Positions 8,616 to 20,082 of a stretch of 64,000 bases of DNA are shown in pieces (position 1 is the first letter of the stretch; each line of letters opens with the position of its first letter). The notes beneath the pieces are model-generated. The model was not told the DNA's origin, did not search any database, and was given only the letters and a program-made list of their open reading frames with translations. A program made the translations under genes and the position numbers. This DNA is from an uncultured Gemmatimonadales bacterium. GTDB taxonomy: Bacteria > Gemmatimonadota > Gemmatimonadetes > Longimicrobiales > Gaopeijiaceae. The stretch is from NCBI GenBank assembly GCA_963809895.1, contig CAWELD010000003.1, forward strand, positions 1,888,001 through 1,952,000. The letters are read 5' to 3'.

Positions 8616-9818
8616 CTACTGCACCGTATTGATCATGTCGAAGATCGGCAGGTACATCGCCACGATCATCCCGCCCACGATCACCCCCAGGAACACGATC
8701 ATGATCGGCTCCATGGCCGACAACATGGCCGCCACCGCCGCATCCACCTCTTCGTCGTAGAAGTCGGCGATCTTCTCGAGCATCTCGTCGAGCCCGCCCG
8801 TCTGCTCACCCACGTTGATCATCTGGACCACCATCGGCGGGAACACCCCCGACTCCTTGAGCGGCCCCGCGATCGTCTCACCACCGGCAATGCTGGCCCG
8901 GGATCCCATCACCGCATCGTGGATCACCCGGTTCCCCGCCGTCTTGGCCGTGATCTCCAGTCCTTCCAGGATCGACACGCCCGACGACACCAGCGTGCCC
9001 AGCGTGCGCGTGAAGCGGGCCACGGCCGCCTTGCGCTGCAGGTCCCCGATCAGCGGCATCGCCAGCAGCATCCGGTCGACCGTCAAGCGTCCGCCCTCCG
9101 TTCGGTAGAACTGCCGGATCGCGAAGGCCGTCACCATCACCCCTCCCAGCACCGCCCACCAGTACCCCGTCAGGAAGGCCGACAGCCCGATCACGATCCG
9201 GGTCGGCAGCGGCAGCGGCACGCCCACAGAGCTGAACATCTCCTGGAAGGTCGGGATCACGAAGATCAGCAGGATCGTCACCGCGGAGGCGGCCACGGTC
9301 AGGATCACCGCCGGGTAGATCATGGCGCCTTTGATCTTCCGGACCAGGGCGTCGTTCTTCTCCAGGAAGGTGGCCAGGCGGAGAAGGATCGTGTCCAGGA
9401 TACCGCCGGCTTCACCCGCGGCCACCATGTTCACGAACAGGTCCGTGAAGACCCGCGGGTGGCGGCTCAGGGCATCGGCCAGGGTGTGGCCCGACTCCAC
9501 GTCGTAGAGCACGTCCTGGATGATCTTGCGGAGCGACTTGTTCTCCGTCTGCTCGGCCAGGATGTCCAGGGACTGCACCAGCGGGAGCCCCGAGTTGATC
9601 ATCGTGGCGAACTGACGCGTGAAGATCACGATGTCGCGCGTCTTGACGCCCGTTCCGATCTGGAAGCTGATCTCGCGTGACTTTTCGCGGACCGATACCG
9701 GGATCAGCTTCTGACGATGCAGGAAAGAAAGGACCTCTTCCTTGGTCGGAAGCTCGATCTCGCCGGACTGGATGTCCCCGCCGGTGGCGGGACGGGCGCT
9801 GTAGGCGAACGTTGGCAT
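8616..9818 (-). CDS. pilC: Type IV pilus inner-membrane platform protein PilC (T2SSF family)
   Basis: FTRQFATMINSGLPL, AGEAGGILD, GEQTGGLDEML, AMYLPIF; follows pilB-pilT. Confidence 0.95.
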   Translation of the reverse strand: MPTFAYSARPATGGDIQSGEIELPTKEEVLSFLHRQKLIPVSVREKSREISFQIGTGVKTRDIVIFTRQFATMINSGLPLVQSLDILAEQTENKSLRKIIQDVLYDVESGHTLADALSRHPRVFTDLFVNMVAAGEAGGILDTILLRLATFLEKNDALVRKIKGAMIYPAVILTVAASAVTILLIFVIPTFQEMFSSVGVPLPLPTRIVIGLSAFLTGYWWAVLGGVMVTAFAIRQFYRTEGGRLTVDRMLLAMPLIGDLQRKAAVARFTRTLGTLVSSGVSILEGLEITAKTAGNRVIHDAVMGSRASIAGGETIAGPLKESGVFPPMVVQMINVGEQTGGLDEMLEKIADFYDEEVDAAVAAMLSAMEPIMIVFLGVIVGGMIVAMYLPIFDMINTVQ

Positions 9819-9826
9819 GGCCTACC

Positions 9827-10970
9827 TCAACCTAAACTGGAGGGCATGGTCTCGCCGACGGACCGCAGGAGCTCCTGCGGATCGGCCGAGCGCTTGAGTG
9901 CTTCCTCCAGCGTGATCTCGTTCTTGAGATACAGCATCTGGAGGGAGTCGTTCATCGTCTGCATGCCGTGCTTCTTGCCGGCCTGCATGAGCGAATAGAT
10001 CTGGTGGATCTTCTCGTCGCGGATCACCGCGCGAATGGCCGGCGTGCACATCATCACCTCGGAGGCGGCGACCCGGCCCCGGCCCTTGGCCCTCGGGATC
10101 AGCGTCTGGGTCACCACGCCCTCGAGCACGAACGAGAGCTGGGCCCGCACCTGCGGCTGCTGGTGCGAGGGGAAAGCGTCGATGATCCGGTTCACGGATT
10201 CCGCGGCGGAGTTGGTGTGCAGCGTGGCCAGCACCAGGTGGCCCGTCTCGGCGATCGTGAGCGCGGCGCTGATGGTCTCCAGGTCGCGCATCTCGCCGAT
10301 CAGGATCACGTCCGGGTCCTGCCGGAGCGCGTACTTGAGCGCCGCGGCGAAGGACTTGGTGTCGGCACCCACCTCGCGCTGGTTCACCACCGAGTTCTGG
10401 TGGCGGTGGATGAACTCGATCGGGTCCTCGATGGTGATGATGTGCGACTTCCGCTCCTTGTTGATCTTGTCCAGCATCGCCGCCAGCGTGGTCGACTTAC
10501 CCGAGCCCGTGGGGCCCGTCACCAGCACCAGGCCCCGGGGCCGCTCGGCCAGCTTGTTGATGATCGGGGGCAGCCCCAGCTTCTCCACACTCTGGATGTC
10601 GTAGGGGATCTGCCGGATGGCCAGCGCCACGCAGCCCCGCTGCTTGAAGGCGTTGCCGCGGAAGCGGGACAGGTTCTGCACCCCGAAGGAGAAGTCCAGC
10701 TCGTCTTCGGTCTCGAAGCGCTTCTTCTGATTCTCGGTGAGGATCGAGTAGGTCAGGTTCAGCGTGTCCTTCGGGCGCCAGGACCTTCGGGTACTGGGAG
10801 TTCACCAGGTCGCCGTCCACACGCACCTTGGGACGCTCGCCCACGGTCAGGTGCAGGTCCGACGCGCCCCGGCTGATCATCTCCTGCAAGAGGTTGCGGA
10901 GACTCAGCTCGGGGATGCGGGCTCCCTCCTCCTTCACGTTCTGCGCGCTGGTACTGGCTTGTTCGCTCAT
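9827..10970 (-). CDS. pilT: Type IV pilus retraction ATPase PilT; one frameshift at ~10772
   Basis: N-terminal ASDLHLTVG (ORF 10497..10970) joins ORF 9827..10681 with GPTGSGKSTT, TIEDPIE, LRQDPDVILIGEMRD, TGHLVLATLHT and PAIRAVIRD. Confidence 0.93.
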
Positions 10971-11046
10971 GCCAGATCTCGGGCTCGGGCGTCTTGTTCG
11001 AGGACCCGGACGCTCCGGGCCACGTGGGGAGGATGGTACGGCATCG

Positions 11047-12756
11047 TCAATCCGACGTCTCCTTGACGATCTCTTCCAGCGTGGTGATCCCCCGCTCCAC
11101 CTTCACGAGACCGTCCATGCGGAGCGTGAGCATGCCCTGACGGAGCGCGATCTCCCGGAGGTCGTCGGTGCTCCGCTCTTCCATGATGCCCCGGCGCAGC
11201 TCCGGCGACATGGCCATCACCTCGTACAGGCCCTGACGGCCCCGGTAGCCGGTGCCGTCACACTGCTCGCAGCCCGTGCCCTTGTAGAAGGTCGTCTTGT
11301 TCGCCCAGTCCATGGGCAGCTTGGCCGCGTGCAGGTACTCCTCTTCGTAGGTCGTCTCGGCCTTGCAGTTGGCGCAGATGCTCCGCACCAGCCGCTGGGC
11401 CGTCACCAGGTTGAGGGCCGAGGCCACGTTGAAGGGCTCCATGCCCATGTCGATGAGGCGGGTGACCGTCGAGGCGCAGTCGTTGGTGTGCAGGGTGGAC
11501 AGCACCAGGTGTCCGGTGAGGGCGGCCTTGAGCGCGATGCTCCCCGTCTCCAGGTCGCGGATCTCACCCACCATGATGATGTTGGGATCCTGACGCAGGA
11601 AGGCGCGCAGCGCCGCGGCGAAGCTCATGCCGATCTCGGTGCGCACCAGCACCTGGTTGATGCCGTGGATGTTGTACTCCACCGGGTCCTCGGCCGTCAT
11701 GATGTTGACGGACTCGGTGTTCACCCGCGACAGCGCCGAGTACAGGGTGGTGGTCTTACCCGAGCCGGTGGGGCCCGTGACCAGCACCATGCCGTAGGGC
11801 CGCGAGATGGCCCACATGAAGTCCTGCTCGGCCTTGGGCTCGAACCCGAACTTGGTCAGGTCGAAGGTCAGGTTGCCCTTGTCCAGGATGCGCAGCACGA
11901 TCTTCTCGCCGAAGATCACCGGCAGCGTGGACACGCGGAAGTCCACCACCTTGTTGCGGATCCTGAGCTTGATGCGGCCGTCCTGCGGCACCCGCCGCTC
12001 GGCGATGTTCAGGTCCGACAGGATCTTGATGCGCGAGGTGAGCGCCGCCTTCATCTTGAAGGGCGGCTTCATGACCTCCTTGAGCGTGCCGTCGATGCGG
12101 TAGCGCACCCGCACCTCGCGCTCGTAGGGCTCGATGTGCACGTCGCTGGCGCCTCGCATGACCGCGTCGGTGAGGAGCCCGTTGATGAACTTCACCACCG
12201 GGGCCTGGTTCACCTCCGCCTGCAACGCGGACAGCGAGACGTCCTCCTCCTCGTCCTCGACGAACTCGACGTCCTCCTCGATCAGGTCCTCGAGGATGTC
12301 CGCCATGCGCTGATCGGCGCTCTCGTAGTACTTCTCGATCTGATGTCGGAGCGTGTACTCGCCCACCACCACCGGCTCGATGTCCAGCCGCGTGATGAAC
12401 TTCAGGTCGTCGATGGCCCCCATGTCGGTGGGGTTGACCATGGCGACCGTGAGCGTGCGTCCCATGCGCCGCAGCGGGAGCACCAGGTGCTTGAACGCCA
12501 CCTCGCCGGGCACCAGGCGGAGGATCTTGGGATCCACCTCCACCTTGTTGAGATCCACGGCGGGCACCCGGTACTGCCGGGCCAGGACTCGGGTCAGCGC
12601 GTCTTCGGCGACGTAGCCGAGACGCACCAACGCAAAACCCAGCCGCGTGCCCTCCTTGCGGGCCTCGCGGAATCCCTCCTGAAGCTGATCGTCCGATACC
12701 AGTCCCTCGCGGACGATCAGATCGCCTAGTCGATCCTGGGCGACGTTGGTGGCCAT
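11047..12756 (-). CDS. pilB: Type IV pilus assembly ATPase PilB
   Basis: Start MATNVAQDRLG; ASDVHIEP, ERRVPQDGR, GPTGSGKTTT, LRQDPNIIMVGEIRD and a tetracysteine motif. Confidence 0.95.
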   Translation of the reverse strand: MATNVAQDRLGDLIVREGLVSDDQLQEGFREARKEGTRLGFALVRLGYVAEDALTRVLARQYRVPAVDLNKVEVDPKILRLVPGEVAFKHLVLPLRRMGRTLTVAMVNPTDMGAIDDLKFITRLDIEPVVVGEYTLRHQIEKYYESADQRMADILEDLIEEDVEFVEDEEEDVSLSALQAEVNQAPVVKFINGLLTDAVMRGASDVHIEPYEREVRVRYRIDGTLKEVMKPPFKMKAALTSRIKILSDLNIAERRVPQDGRIKLRIRNKVVDFRVSTLPVIFGEKIVLRILDKGNLTFDLTKFGFEPKAEQDFMWAISRPYGMVLVTGPTGSGKTTTLYSALSRVNTESVNIMTAEDPVEYNIHGINQVLVRTEIGMSFAAALRAFLRQDPNIIMVGEIRDLETGSIALKAALTGHLVLSTLHTNDCASTVTRLIDMGMEPFNVASALNLVTAQRLVRSICANCKAETTYEEEYLHAAKLPMDWANKTTFYKGTGCEQCDGTGYRGRQGLYEVMAMSPELRRGIMEERSTDDLREIALRQGMLTLRMDGLVKVERGITTLEEIVKETSD

Positions 12757-12956
12757 ACCGTGCGGGTTTCCTCTGGTGGGAAGGGGGGTGCCCGGTTGTG
12801 ATGGAAGCGACAAAGGCCCACACCCTGCCCGTGCCGGCGCCCTTCGGGAACGGCCCGCCGACTCGAACAGGGAAACGGATGTAGTCATTTCAAACGTAGG
12901 CCGGCCCGGCGCCACGGGTCAAGCATCGTAAAACGGGCCTGGCAAGCCGGCCCCGG

Positions 12957-13646
12957 TCATCCTCCTCCGAGGCGCACGAGCGGCTTCAAGCGCGCCAGCA
13001 CGGCGGGCCCGATCCCCCGCACGCGCAGCAGGTCGTCGGGGGTGCGGAAAGGCCCGTCCCGCTGCCGCGACTCCAGGATCCGGCGGGCCAGCGCCGGCCC
13101 GATTCCCGGGAGCGCCTCCAACGCCCCGGCGTCGGCGTGGTTCACGTCCACGGCGGCGGGCGCCGCCGCCTCGTCCGCCGCCGGTCCCACCAGCGGCTCG
13201 TAGCCCCGGGCGCCGTCGTCGGCGTCCCGCACCAGCGCCACCGAGGCCGGCGGGCGCGAGAAGTCCAGCCGGTCCCGGAGCCGCGTCACCGTGGCCGGCC
13301 CGATGCCCCGCACCCGGGTCAGGTCGTCGGGCCCCCCGAATCCCCCCTCTCGGGTGCGGAAGGCGACGATGGCCCGCGCAACCGACGGCCCCACGCCGGG
13401 GAGCCGCTGCAGCTCGGGCTCGTCGGCCCGGTTGGGGTCGATGCGCTCGCCCGGCGCCAGGGGGGTGGCCGCCCGCGCCTCGGCGTCTGCCGCCGCCCGC
13501 GCCGCCGAGTCCAGCGCCGGCAGCGCCGAGCGGGTGCCGGGCAGTTCGGGCGCAGGGTGGACCCGCTCCACGCCCCAGCGCACGAGCCCGGCCACCAGGA
13601 GCGTCAGCGCGGCCTTCACCAGGGTCCCGCTCTCGCTCTGCGTCAC
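12957..13646 (-). CDS. comEA: ComEA-family DNA-binding protein with two HhH domains
   Basis: N-terminal TM helix; two repeats IDPNRADEPELQRLPGVGP..A..IV..R and VDVNHADAGALEALPGIGP...VRGIGP. Confidence 0.88.
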   Translation of the reverse strand: MTQSESGTLVKAALTLLVAGLVRWGVERVHPAPELPGTRSALPALDSAARAAADAEARAATPLAPGERIDPNRADEPELQRLPGVGPSVARAIVAFRTREGGFGGPDDLTRVRGIGPATVTRLRDRLDFSRPPASVALVRDADDGARGYEPLVGPAADEAAAPAAVDVNHADAGALEALPGIGPALARRILESRQRDGPFRTPDDLLRVRGIGPAVLARLKPLVRLGGG

Positions 13647-13734
13647 CCCTCACGGTGGCCGCGCCCCGCGGGCGATGGCATGGCCCGTTGCGCCCCTCCG
13701 CCCGCCGTCGCCCGCGCGCCCCCGCGTCAGCGCG

Positions 13735-16700
13735 TCAGCGCGCGCCGGGAAGCCCGGGCGCACCGGACAGCCCCGGCAGCCCCATGGCGCCGGCCTCGAG
13801 CAGGAACTGTCCGAAGACCGAGAGCTGGAACTGGGTGGAGCCCCGGCGCTGGCCCACGTACGACTGGCGGTCGGTGTAGCTGGCCTGGATGCCCACCTCG
13901 AGGCTCCGCACCTGGGAGTCCAGGGTCATGGAGAGCGCGCGGTTGAGCTGGTCCACGAAGGCCACGCACTCGGGCCGGCCCACGGGCACGCGGCACTCCC
14001 GCTCGGCGACGTAGCTGGCCAGGAGCGACAAGCGCACGGGCCGGCTCACGCGAGCGGCCAGCCCGAAGGGCGGCAGGAAGGACGAGGTGACGGACAGGCG
14101 GTGGGTGGTGCGCTCACGCTCGGTGTCGCCGGTGGGGTCCTCGCCGGTACCGGTCTCGAACCCGGCGCGGTACGACGTCACCAGCCCGCCGGCCCAGGCC
14201 AGCGTCAGGTCCAGCGGCACGCTGCGGTCGTCGAGCAGGCGCCGCTGCGCCGCCTGGCCGTAGACCAGTTGCCGCCGCGCCCGCCGGATCCCGGCCGACA
14301 ACGAGATGCGCTCCAGGGCGCCCCCGAGTACGTCGCCGGCGGGCAGACCGTCGACGCTGGCCCGCAGGTCCGGCCAGGTCTCGGTGCGCACGGTGCGGTC
14401 CGCGCGCGTGTCCAGCGTGGCCACCTCGGTGCGGGCGTAGGTGGCGTCCAGCCCCAGGTGGTCGGCCAGCACGCCCCAGCTCACCTGATGGGCGCTCCGG
14501 TCGGTGAGGGTGGCGGCGGTGTCGCCGTCCAGCACCCGGTAGCCCCCCAGCCCGGTCCAGCCGAACTGGTAGCCCAGCCCCGGATCCACGGGGTCGCGGT
14601 TGAAGCGCGAGAACAGGCCTCCCTGCCAGGTCCAGGACACGGGGCGCAGGTGCCGGAGCACGGCGCCCAGGAATCCCCCGTCACCCGCCTCCGCCCCACC
14701 CAGCGCCTGGGCCAGCGCGTCGGGCTGGAAGCGCGACGAAGGTTCGCAGCGAGCGCTCGCCGCTGGCGTTCCGCTGCAGAAAGACCAGGCTGTCCAGCGG
14801 CTGGGGGATGACGCCCACGAAGCCCGGGTTGCGGTCGCTGTCGTAGCGGGTGGTGAAGGTGAGGTCGTGTCGGAGCCAGGGGACCACGCGCGGGCGGTAG
14901 GACACGGTGGTACGCAGGCTGCGGTTGGTCTCCCAGCCCAGGTCCACCCCGGCCACCTCGGCCCGCTGGTCCTCCAGGAGCTGCTGCACGTCGGGGTCGG
15001 CCACCACGTCTTCCGGGCGCAGCAGATCGCGGGTGGACAGGAAGGTGAGGTCGGCGGTCAGCGATCCCAGGGGCCGGAAGGTGACCTCCGCCGCCGACTC
15101 CAGCGCCTCGCGGGGCGCCTCGGTGGGGGTGACCAGCGAATCCTCCGGCGTCTCGATGATGCGCTGGTAGCGGAAGATGCGGTTGTCCTGGCGCGAGAAC
15201 GACGTGCCCACGATGAAGCGCTCCGGCGACCAGCGCACCCTGGAATCCAGGACCTTGTCCTCCAGGGGCTCGGGCAGGAGCAGGCGCACGAGCCCCTCCA
15301 TGAAGCCGGGGATGGGATCGAACTCCCGGGGCTCCAGACGCCGGTCGTAGCCCAGGCGCAGGTCCATGCCGCTGGCCTCGAGGCGCGAGGTCACCGTCGA
15401 CGAGCGCGCCTTGTACCAGGCCACGTTGCCCTCGAGCCCGTCCATGACCGCCCCCAGCAGGGGGTTCGCCATGGGGGTGGTCTTGCGGAAGCCCAGCGAC
15501 ACGCGGGTGCGCCGGGAGCCGGTGTCGCGCAGGTCACCCAGGCGGTCGGCCCGCACGTCGGAGTCGGTGAGGAAGGTGGGGTCCACGGTGGCGCGGTCCA
15601 CGGTGAGCGACAGCGGCAGCTCCACCCCCCACTCCGCCGGGGCCAGCCGCTCCAGCCGCGCCCGCGAGGTGAAGGTGAGGCGGCGGTCGGTCTGGTAGGT
15701 GGCCCCCTCGCTCGAGCTGGTGGAAGAAGGCGCCCCTGGAGGACAGGGTGAGCTGGTTCTGCAGCACGTCGCCGGCGTTGAGCGAGGCGTTCACCACCCC
15801 CGCCAGCCCCGCGTCGTGCACCCCCCGGGACAGGCGCAGCTCGTCGATCCACACCTCGCCGTCGAAGGGGGTCGGGCCCCGGTTCCACACGCCCACGGCC
15901 AACTCGCGCACGTTGGCCAGGTCCGGCGCCCGCCCCCGGTCCCGGAGCACCACCGCGTAGGTGGAGTCCTGCGCCCACAGGGTGAGGGGCGGATCACCGG
16001 GTCCCCGGGGATTCAGGTTCAGGTCCTCCTCGGCGCGCCGGCGGAGCTCCTGCAGCACGCCGAAGTCCACCACCACCTCGGGCAGCCAGTCCGAGGGGAC
16101 CACGCCGCCGGGGTCCGAGGGGCGCCGGAGCGTGGTGCGGTACAGATAGAAGTTCTCCGGGTCGGTGCCGATCTTGAGGAAGAACGACACCGGGCGCTCC
16201 TCGCCCCAGTCGCCGGAGCGGGCCACCACCCACAGACGGGCCTCGCGGTAGGAGAGGAAGTCCCGGGGCCGCTGCGGAAAGCGGCTGTAGACCTCGGCCC
16301 GCTCGCCGGGCTGGATGTCCTCGACCTTGAGGCTCAGCGACTTCTCGTTGAACTCCACCCCGGTGCCGCCCACCGCCGAGGTGGGGTCGGCGAGCTGCTC
16401 GAGCACGCCGGGCGGCGAGGCGTAGGCGTCGCCCTCGGTGACCCGGCTCACCGGACCCACCTCGACCCGGCCGCCGGCGGCCAGGGTGTCGCCGATGATG
16501 CCGGTGAGCACGCCCTCGATGCCGCGCTTGATCCAGCGCGAGCCCACGATGCGCATGCGGGCCAGGGTGATGTCGGTGCGGTTGCCGCCGGTGACGGTGA
16601 TGCGCAGGTGGCGCACGGCCCGCAGATCCGCCTCGGTGACGGGCCCGTTCACCTGCGTGGCCAGCGTGGAGCGGATGGGGATGCGGTAGAGGCGGAACTG

Positions 16701-19700
16701 GGTGCCGGTCTCGGAGCGGCTGCGGGCCAGGAAGGGCGACGAGCCGCTCAGGTGGATCAGGTAGCGGAGCGAGCGCTCGGCGGTGTCCAGGTTGCCGTCG
16801 CCGTCCAGGTCCTCGGTGTCGTTGCGGCCGTTGCCCCGGGTGCACACGGCCCGGGGGTCGCCCAGCCGGTAGATGCGGCCGGGCTCGGCCTGGCACGACT
16901 CGCCCCACACGCCCAGCGCGTCGGCGGCGTTGCCCCACACCTCGCCCCGGGCCGGGTCCGCCTCCTGATCCAGCAGGCCCAGCCCCCACGGCACTCCCGA
17001 CTCCTTCACCCCCGAGGTGCGCCCCTCCTCGTCGACGAACATGGCGTCTTCGCTCACCGTGCCCAGGTCCACCACCAGATCCGTGCCCTCGCCCCCGGCC
17101 ACGTAGAACTCGATGAACTCGCTCTTGGTCAGGTCGAGGCCCGTGGTGCTCAGGGTGGTGGTGATGGAGGACCAGGCGCGGCCGCCGAAGCCGGGATCGA
17201 AGGTCAGGCGCAGCCCCGGCTCCCGGGTGCGGGTCCCCGCCACCCGGATCTGCTGATCGATCTCCTCGCGGGGCAGGAATCCCTCGTGGATCCCCACGCT
17301 GTCGCCGGCCTGCGACTCCTCGATCCAGGTGTGCTGCCACACCAGGTCGGCGAGGGTGGAGGCGTCCAGCGGCGAAGGCAGCGAGCCTTCGGCGCCCTCC
17401 GCCGAGGTGGGCGCGCTGCCCCGGTTCCAGTCGTAGGCCAGCAGCGAGAGGCCGCGCTCGTCGCCGGCGTCGAAGTCGTCCAGGAAGACGTCACCCCGGG
17501 TGTTGGGATTGGGAAGCGACAGCGCCACCTCGCCGTCCATGGCGAAGGAGGAGCGCTCGCCGACCCGCAGCCCAGGGATCTCCGACAGGACCTGATCCAG
17601 CCAGGTGACGTCGCGGCGCACGCGGCCGTTGAGCCCACCCAGGAGCGCGGCGCCGGGCTCCAGCCCCAGCACCGGGCGCTTCACCAGCGTCTGCTCGGAG
17701 CGGTAGAGGGTGAGCAGGTCCAGGCTGCCCCGGTCCGAGCCGCCCAGGTGCGCGTTGAAGCCGAACACCGAGGTGGGTGCCTGGCGGAAGACCTGCTTCT
17801 GCTCCCAGGTGGCCCGCACCGGCGCGTCGGGGTTGGCGGCGAACAGCGCCTCGGGATCCAGGAGCGTGACCTGGCCCACGTCGTAGTCGATCTCGTAGTC
17901 CACGCCGCGCACCAGCACGCGGTCGCCCAGGTAGACGCGCTCGCTGCCGTCGACGATGCCCAGCGCCCCCAGCGAGAAGGACGAGATGACGCCCTCACTG
18001 CGCACGCGGTAGGGGATGGTCAGGCGGAAGCGTCCCCCGCTGTCCCGCTCGTAGGGGTCCTCGCTCTCGTAGATGCGCCGGTTGGCGTCGTCGGCCAGCA
18101 GCTCGGCCGCCTCGGCGGCGGTGAGCCCCACCCCCGGGTTGGCCGGCGGGTCGGCGAAGGGGTGCAGCGTGGGGAACACCACGAAGGTGCCCTGCACGCC
18201 GCCGGCGTCCTGGAAGAGGTCCTGGGCCGGCGAGTACACGAAGCTCGGGTCCACCTGGTCCACGGGGGATTCCTGGTCCAGGCCGAAGAGCTGCAGCCAG
18301 GTGACGTCGCGGCCGTCGGTGGCCCGCTTGAAGGTGCGGCCCGCGCTGGGCTCGCCCAGCGAGATGGTGACCTCCACCGAGCTGCGCTCCACGTCGGGCG
18401 CCGCGCTCACCCGGTAGATCTGGTGCATCTCCTGCTCCCAGGTGGGCCGGCCCGGCTGGTGGTTGGCGCCCGAAGCCTTGAGCAGGCGGAGCTGGGGGCG
18501 CCCCCCGGCGGTATAGACCCGCTCGGGGTTGTAGGTGCCCACGGTGTCGCCCACCGCGGTCACGTAGGTCACCGCCAGCATCTCGTCGCGAGACAGGGGA
18601 TTCCTGAGCGCGATCCACAGCCCCGAGGGGTGCACGTAGTAGTCCTGACCCGGCACCAGGTAGCGGAACCAGCCCGACTCCACCACGCGCCCGCCGTCGC
18701 CCTCGGCCACGGCGTCGGCCTGGATGTAGCCCTCCACCTGCTGGCGGGCCGCCGGGTCGTTCTCGTAGCGGTAGAGCTGGACCGGCTCGATGCCCGGCAC
18801 CACCTGGGGCGGCGCCGCGCCGGCGTTCAGGTCCAGCACGTCGACGTGGGGATAGTCGGTGAGGAGGCGGGGGTCCACGAGGAAGAAGAACTGGCCCCGG
18901 TCGTAGTCGGCGTCGTCCAGGACCAGCGTGTCCTCCTGCACGAAGCGACGCTGGTTGCCCACGCCGGTGAGGCGGAACTCGCGCGACGACAGATCGCCCT
19001 TCTGCTCGGCCCACACGCTGCGGAAGTCCAGCGGGCCGAGCTGCCCCTCGGCCTGGAAGCCGAAGTTGCCGGCGGGGATGCCCTGGGTCAGGTAGCGGGA
19101 GCGGGGCAGCCGGAAGGTGACGTCACCCACCTCGAAGCGCTTGAGGATGTCGTCTTCCTGTCCCTCGTAGACGATGGAGATGGTGTTGGTGGCGCCGAAC
19201 TCACGGAGCTGATCGTAGTCCACGTCGACCTTCACGCGGTCGGCCACCGTGCCCTGGATCTGCACCGCCAGGTTGACGTCGGGCTGGAGCTGGGGCAGGA
19301 GCGTGGGATTGCAGCTCTCCTGGAACTGGTCCACGCAGGGCCGGTAGCGGGTCCAGTCGCCACCGAGCTCGGTGCGCCCCCGCACCCGGAGGCCCGAGCT
19401 CGGCGTAGCGCGACACCAGGCCCGACAGCTCCTCGCTGCCCACCGCCGCCGGCGGCGGCTCGCCGGCTCCCGGCCCCGCCGTGTCCGGCGGCAGGAAGGC
19501 CCGCGTCGGCGGGGGCGCGCCCGCCCGGGCCACGCGGGCGGCGATGAGCCCCGTCACGATGGCGTCGTCGAACGCCGACCTTCCCCCCGCAATCGCCAGA
19601 CGCACCGGAGGCGCCGTGGGCCGGCGCAGCCAGGGCAGGCGGTCGGCGGCGCGGGGCACCAGGTCCTGGAACGAGGGGGCCTCCACCACCCGGGGGCTCA

Positions 19701-19914
19701 GGCCCAGGTACACCAGGGGCGGACCGGCGGCGCCCGGCCAGCGGGGCGGCGGGCCCACGGGACGGGGCGCCAACAGGTCGGGCCGCAGAATCGTGTCGGC
19801 GCGGGCGAAGCGGGCCCCGGGCGCCGGCCGCGGGTGGAACGCGCCTCCTTCCTGTGGCGGCGGCGGGCGGACCACGCCCAGAATCGCCATCAGAGAAAGG
19901 AAGAAGAGACGCAT
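13735..19914 (-). CDS. sprA: SprA/Sov-like giant outer-membrane protein (~2050 aa); frameshifts at ~19390, ~15705, ~14730
   Basis: Signal peptide at 19914. Stitched ORFs include YEGQEDDILKRFEVGDVTF, IVDGSERV...LVRGVDYEIDYDVGQV, GNGRNDTEDLDGDGNL, NEKSLSL and GEVWIDELRL (SprA-type motifs as recalled), with a beta-strand-rich C-terminus. Confidence 0.75.
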
Positions 19915-20082
19915 GGCCTCGGCTCAGTCGAAGGACCGGTTCGCGCTGCGGCGGGTAGGAGGCGTTGCCGCGTTTCCGCATCGGCCGGTTGAGCGGAATC
20001 GCGGCGCCGGTATACCTTCGTACCTCACCGAGTACGCGACAGTCCGCCGGGGGTTTCCCGGCCCCCGGATCGCCCCGACGGC

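Noticed and set aside
12757..12956. c-di-GMP riboswitch upstream of pilB
   Set aside because: No GEMM core (GGCAAAC...GAAA...GACGCAAAGC) or class II motif could be found.
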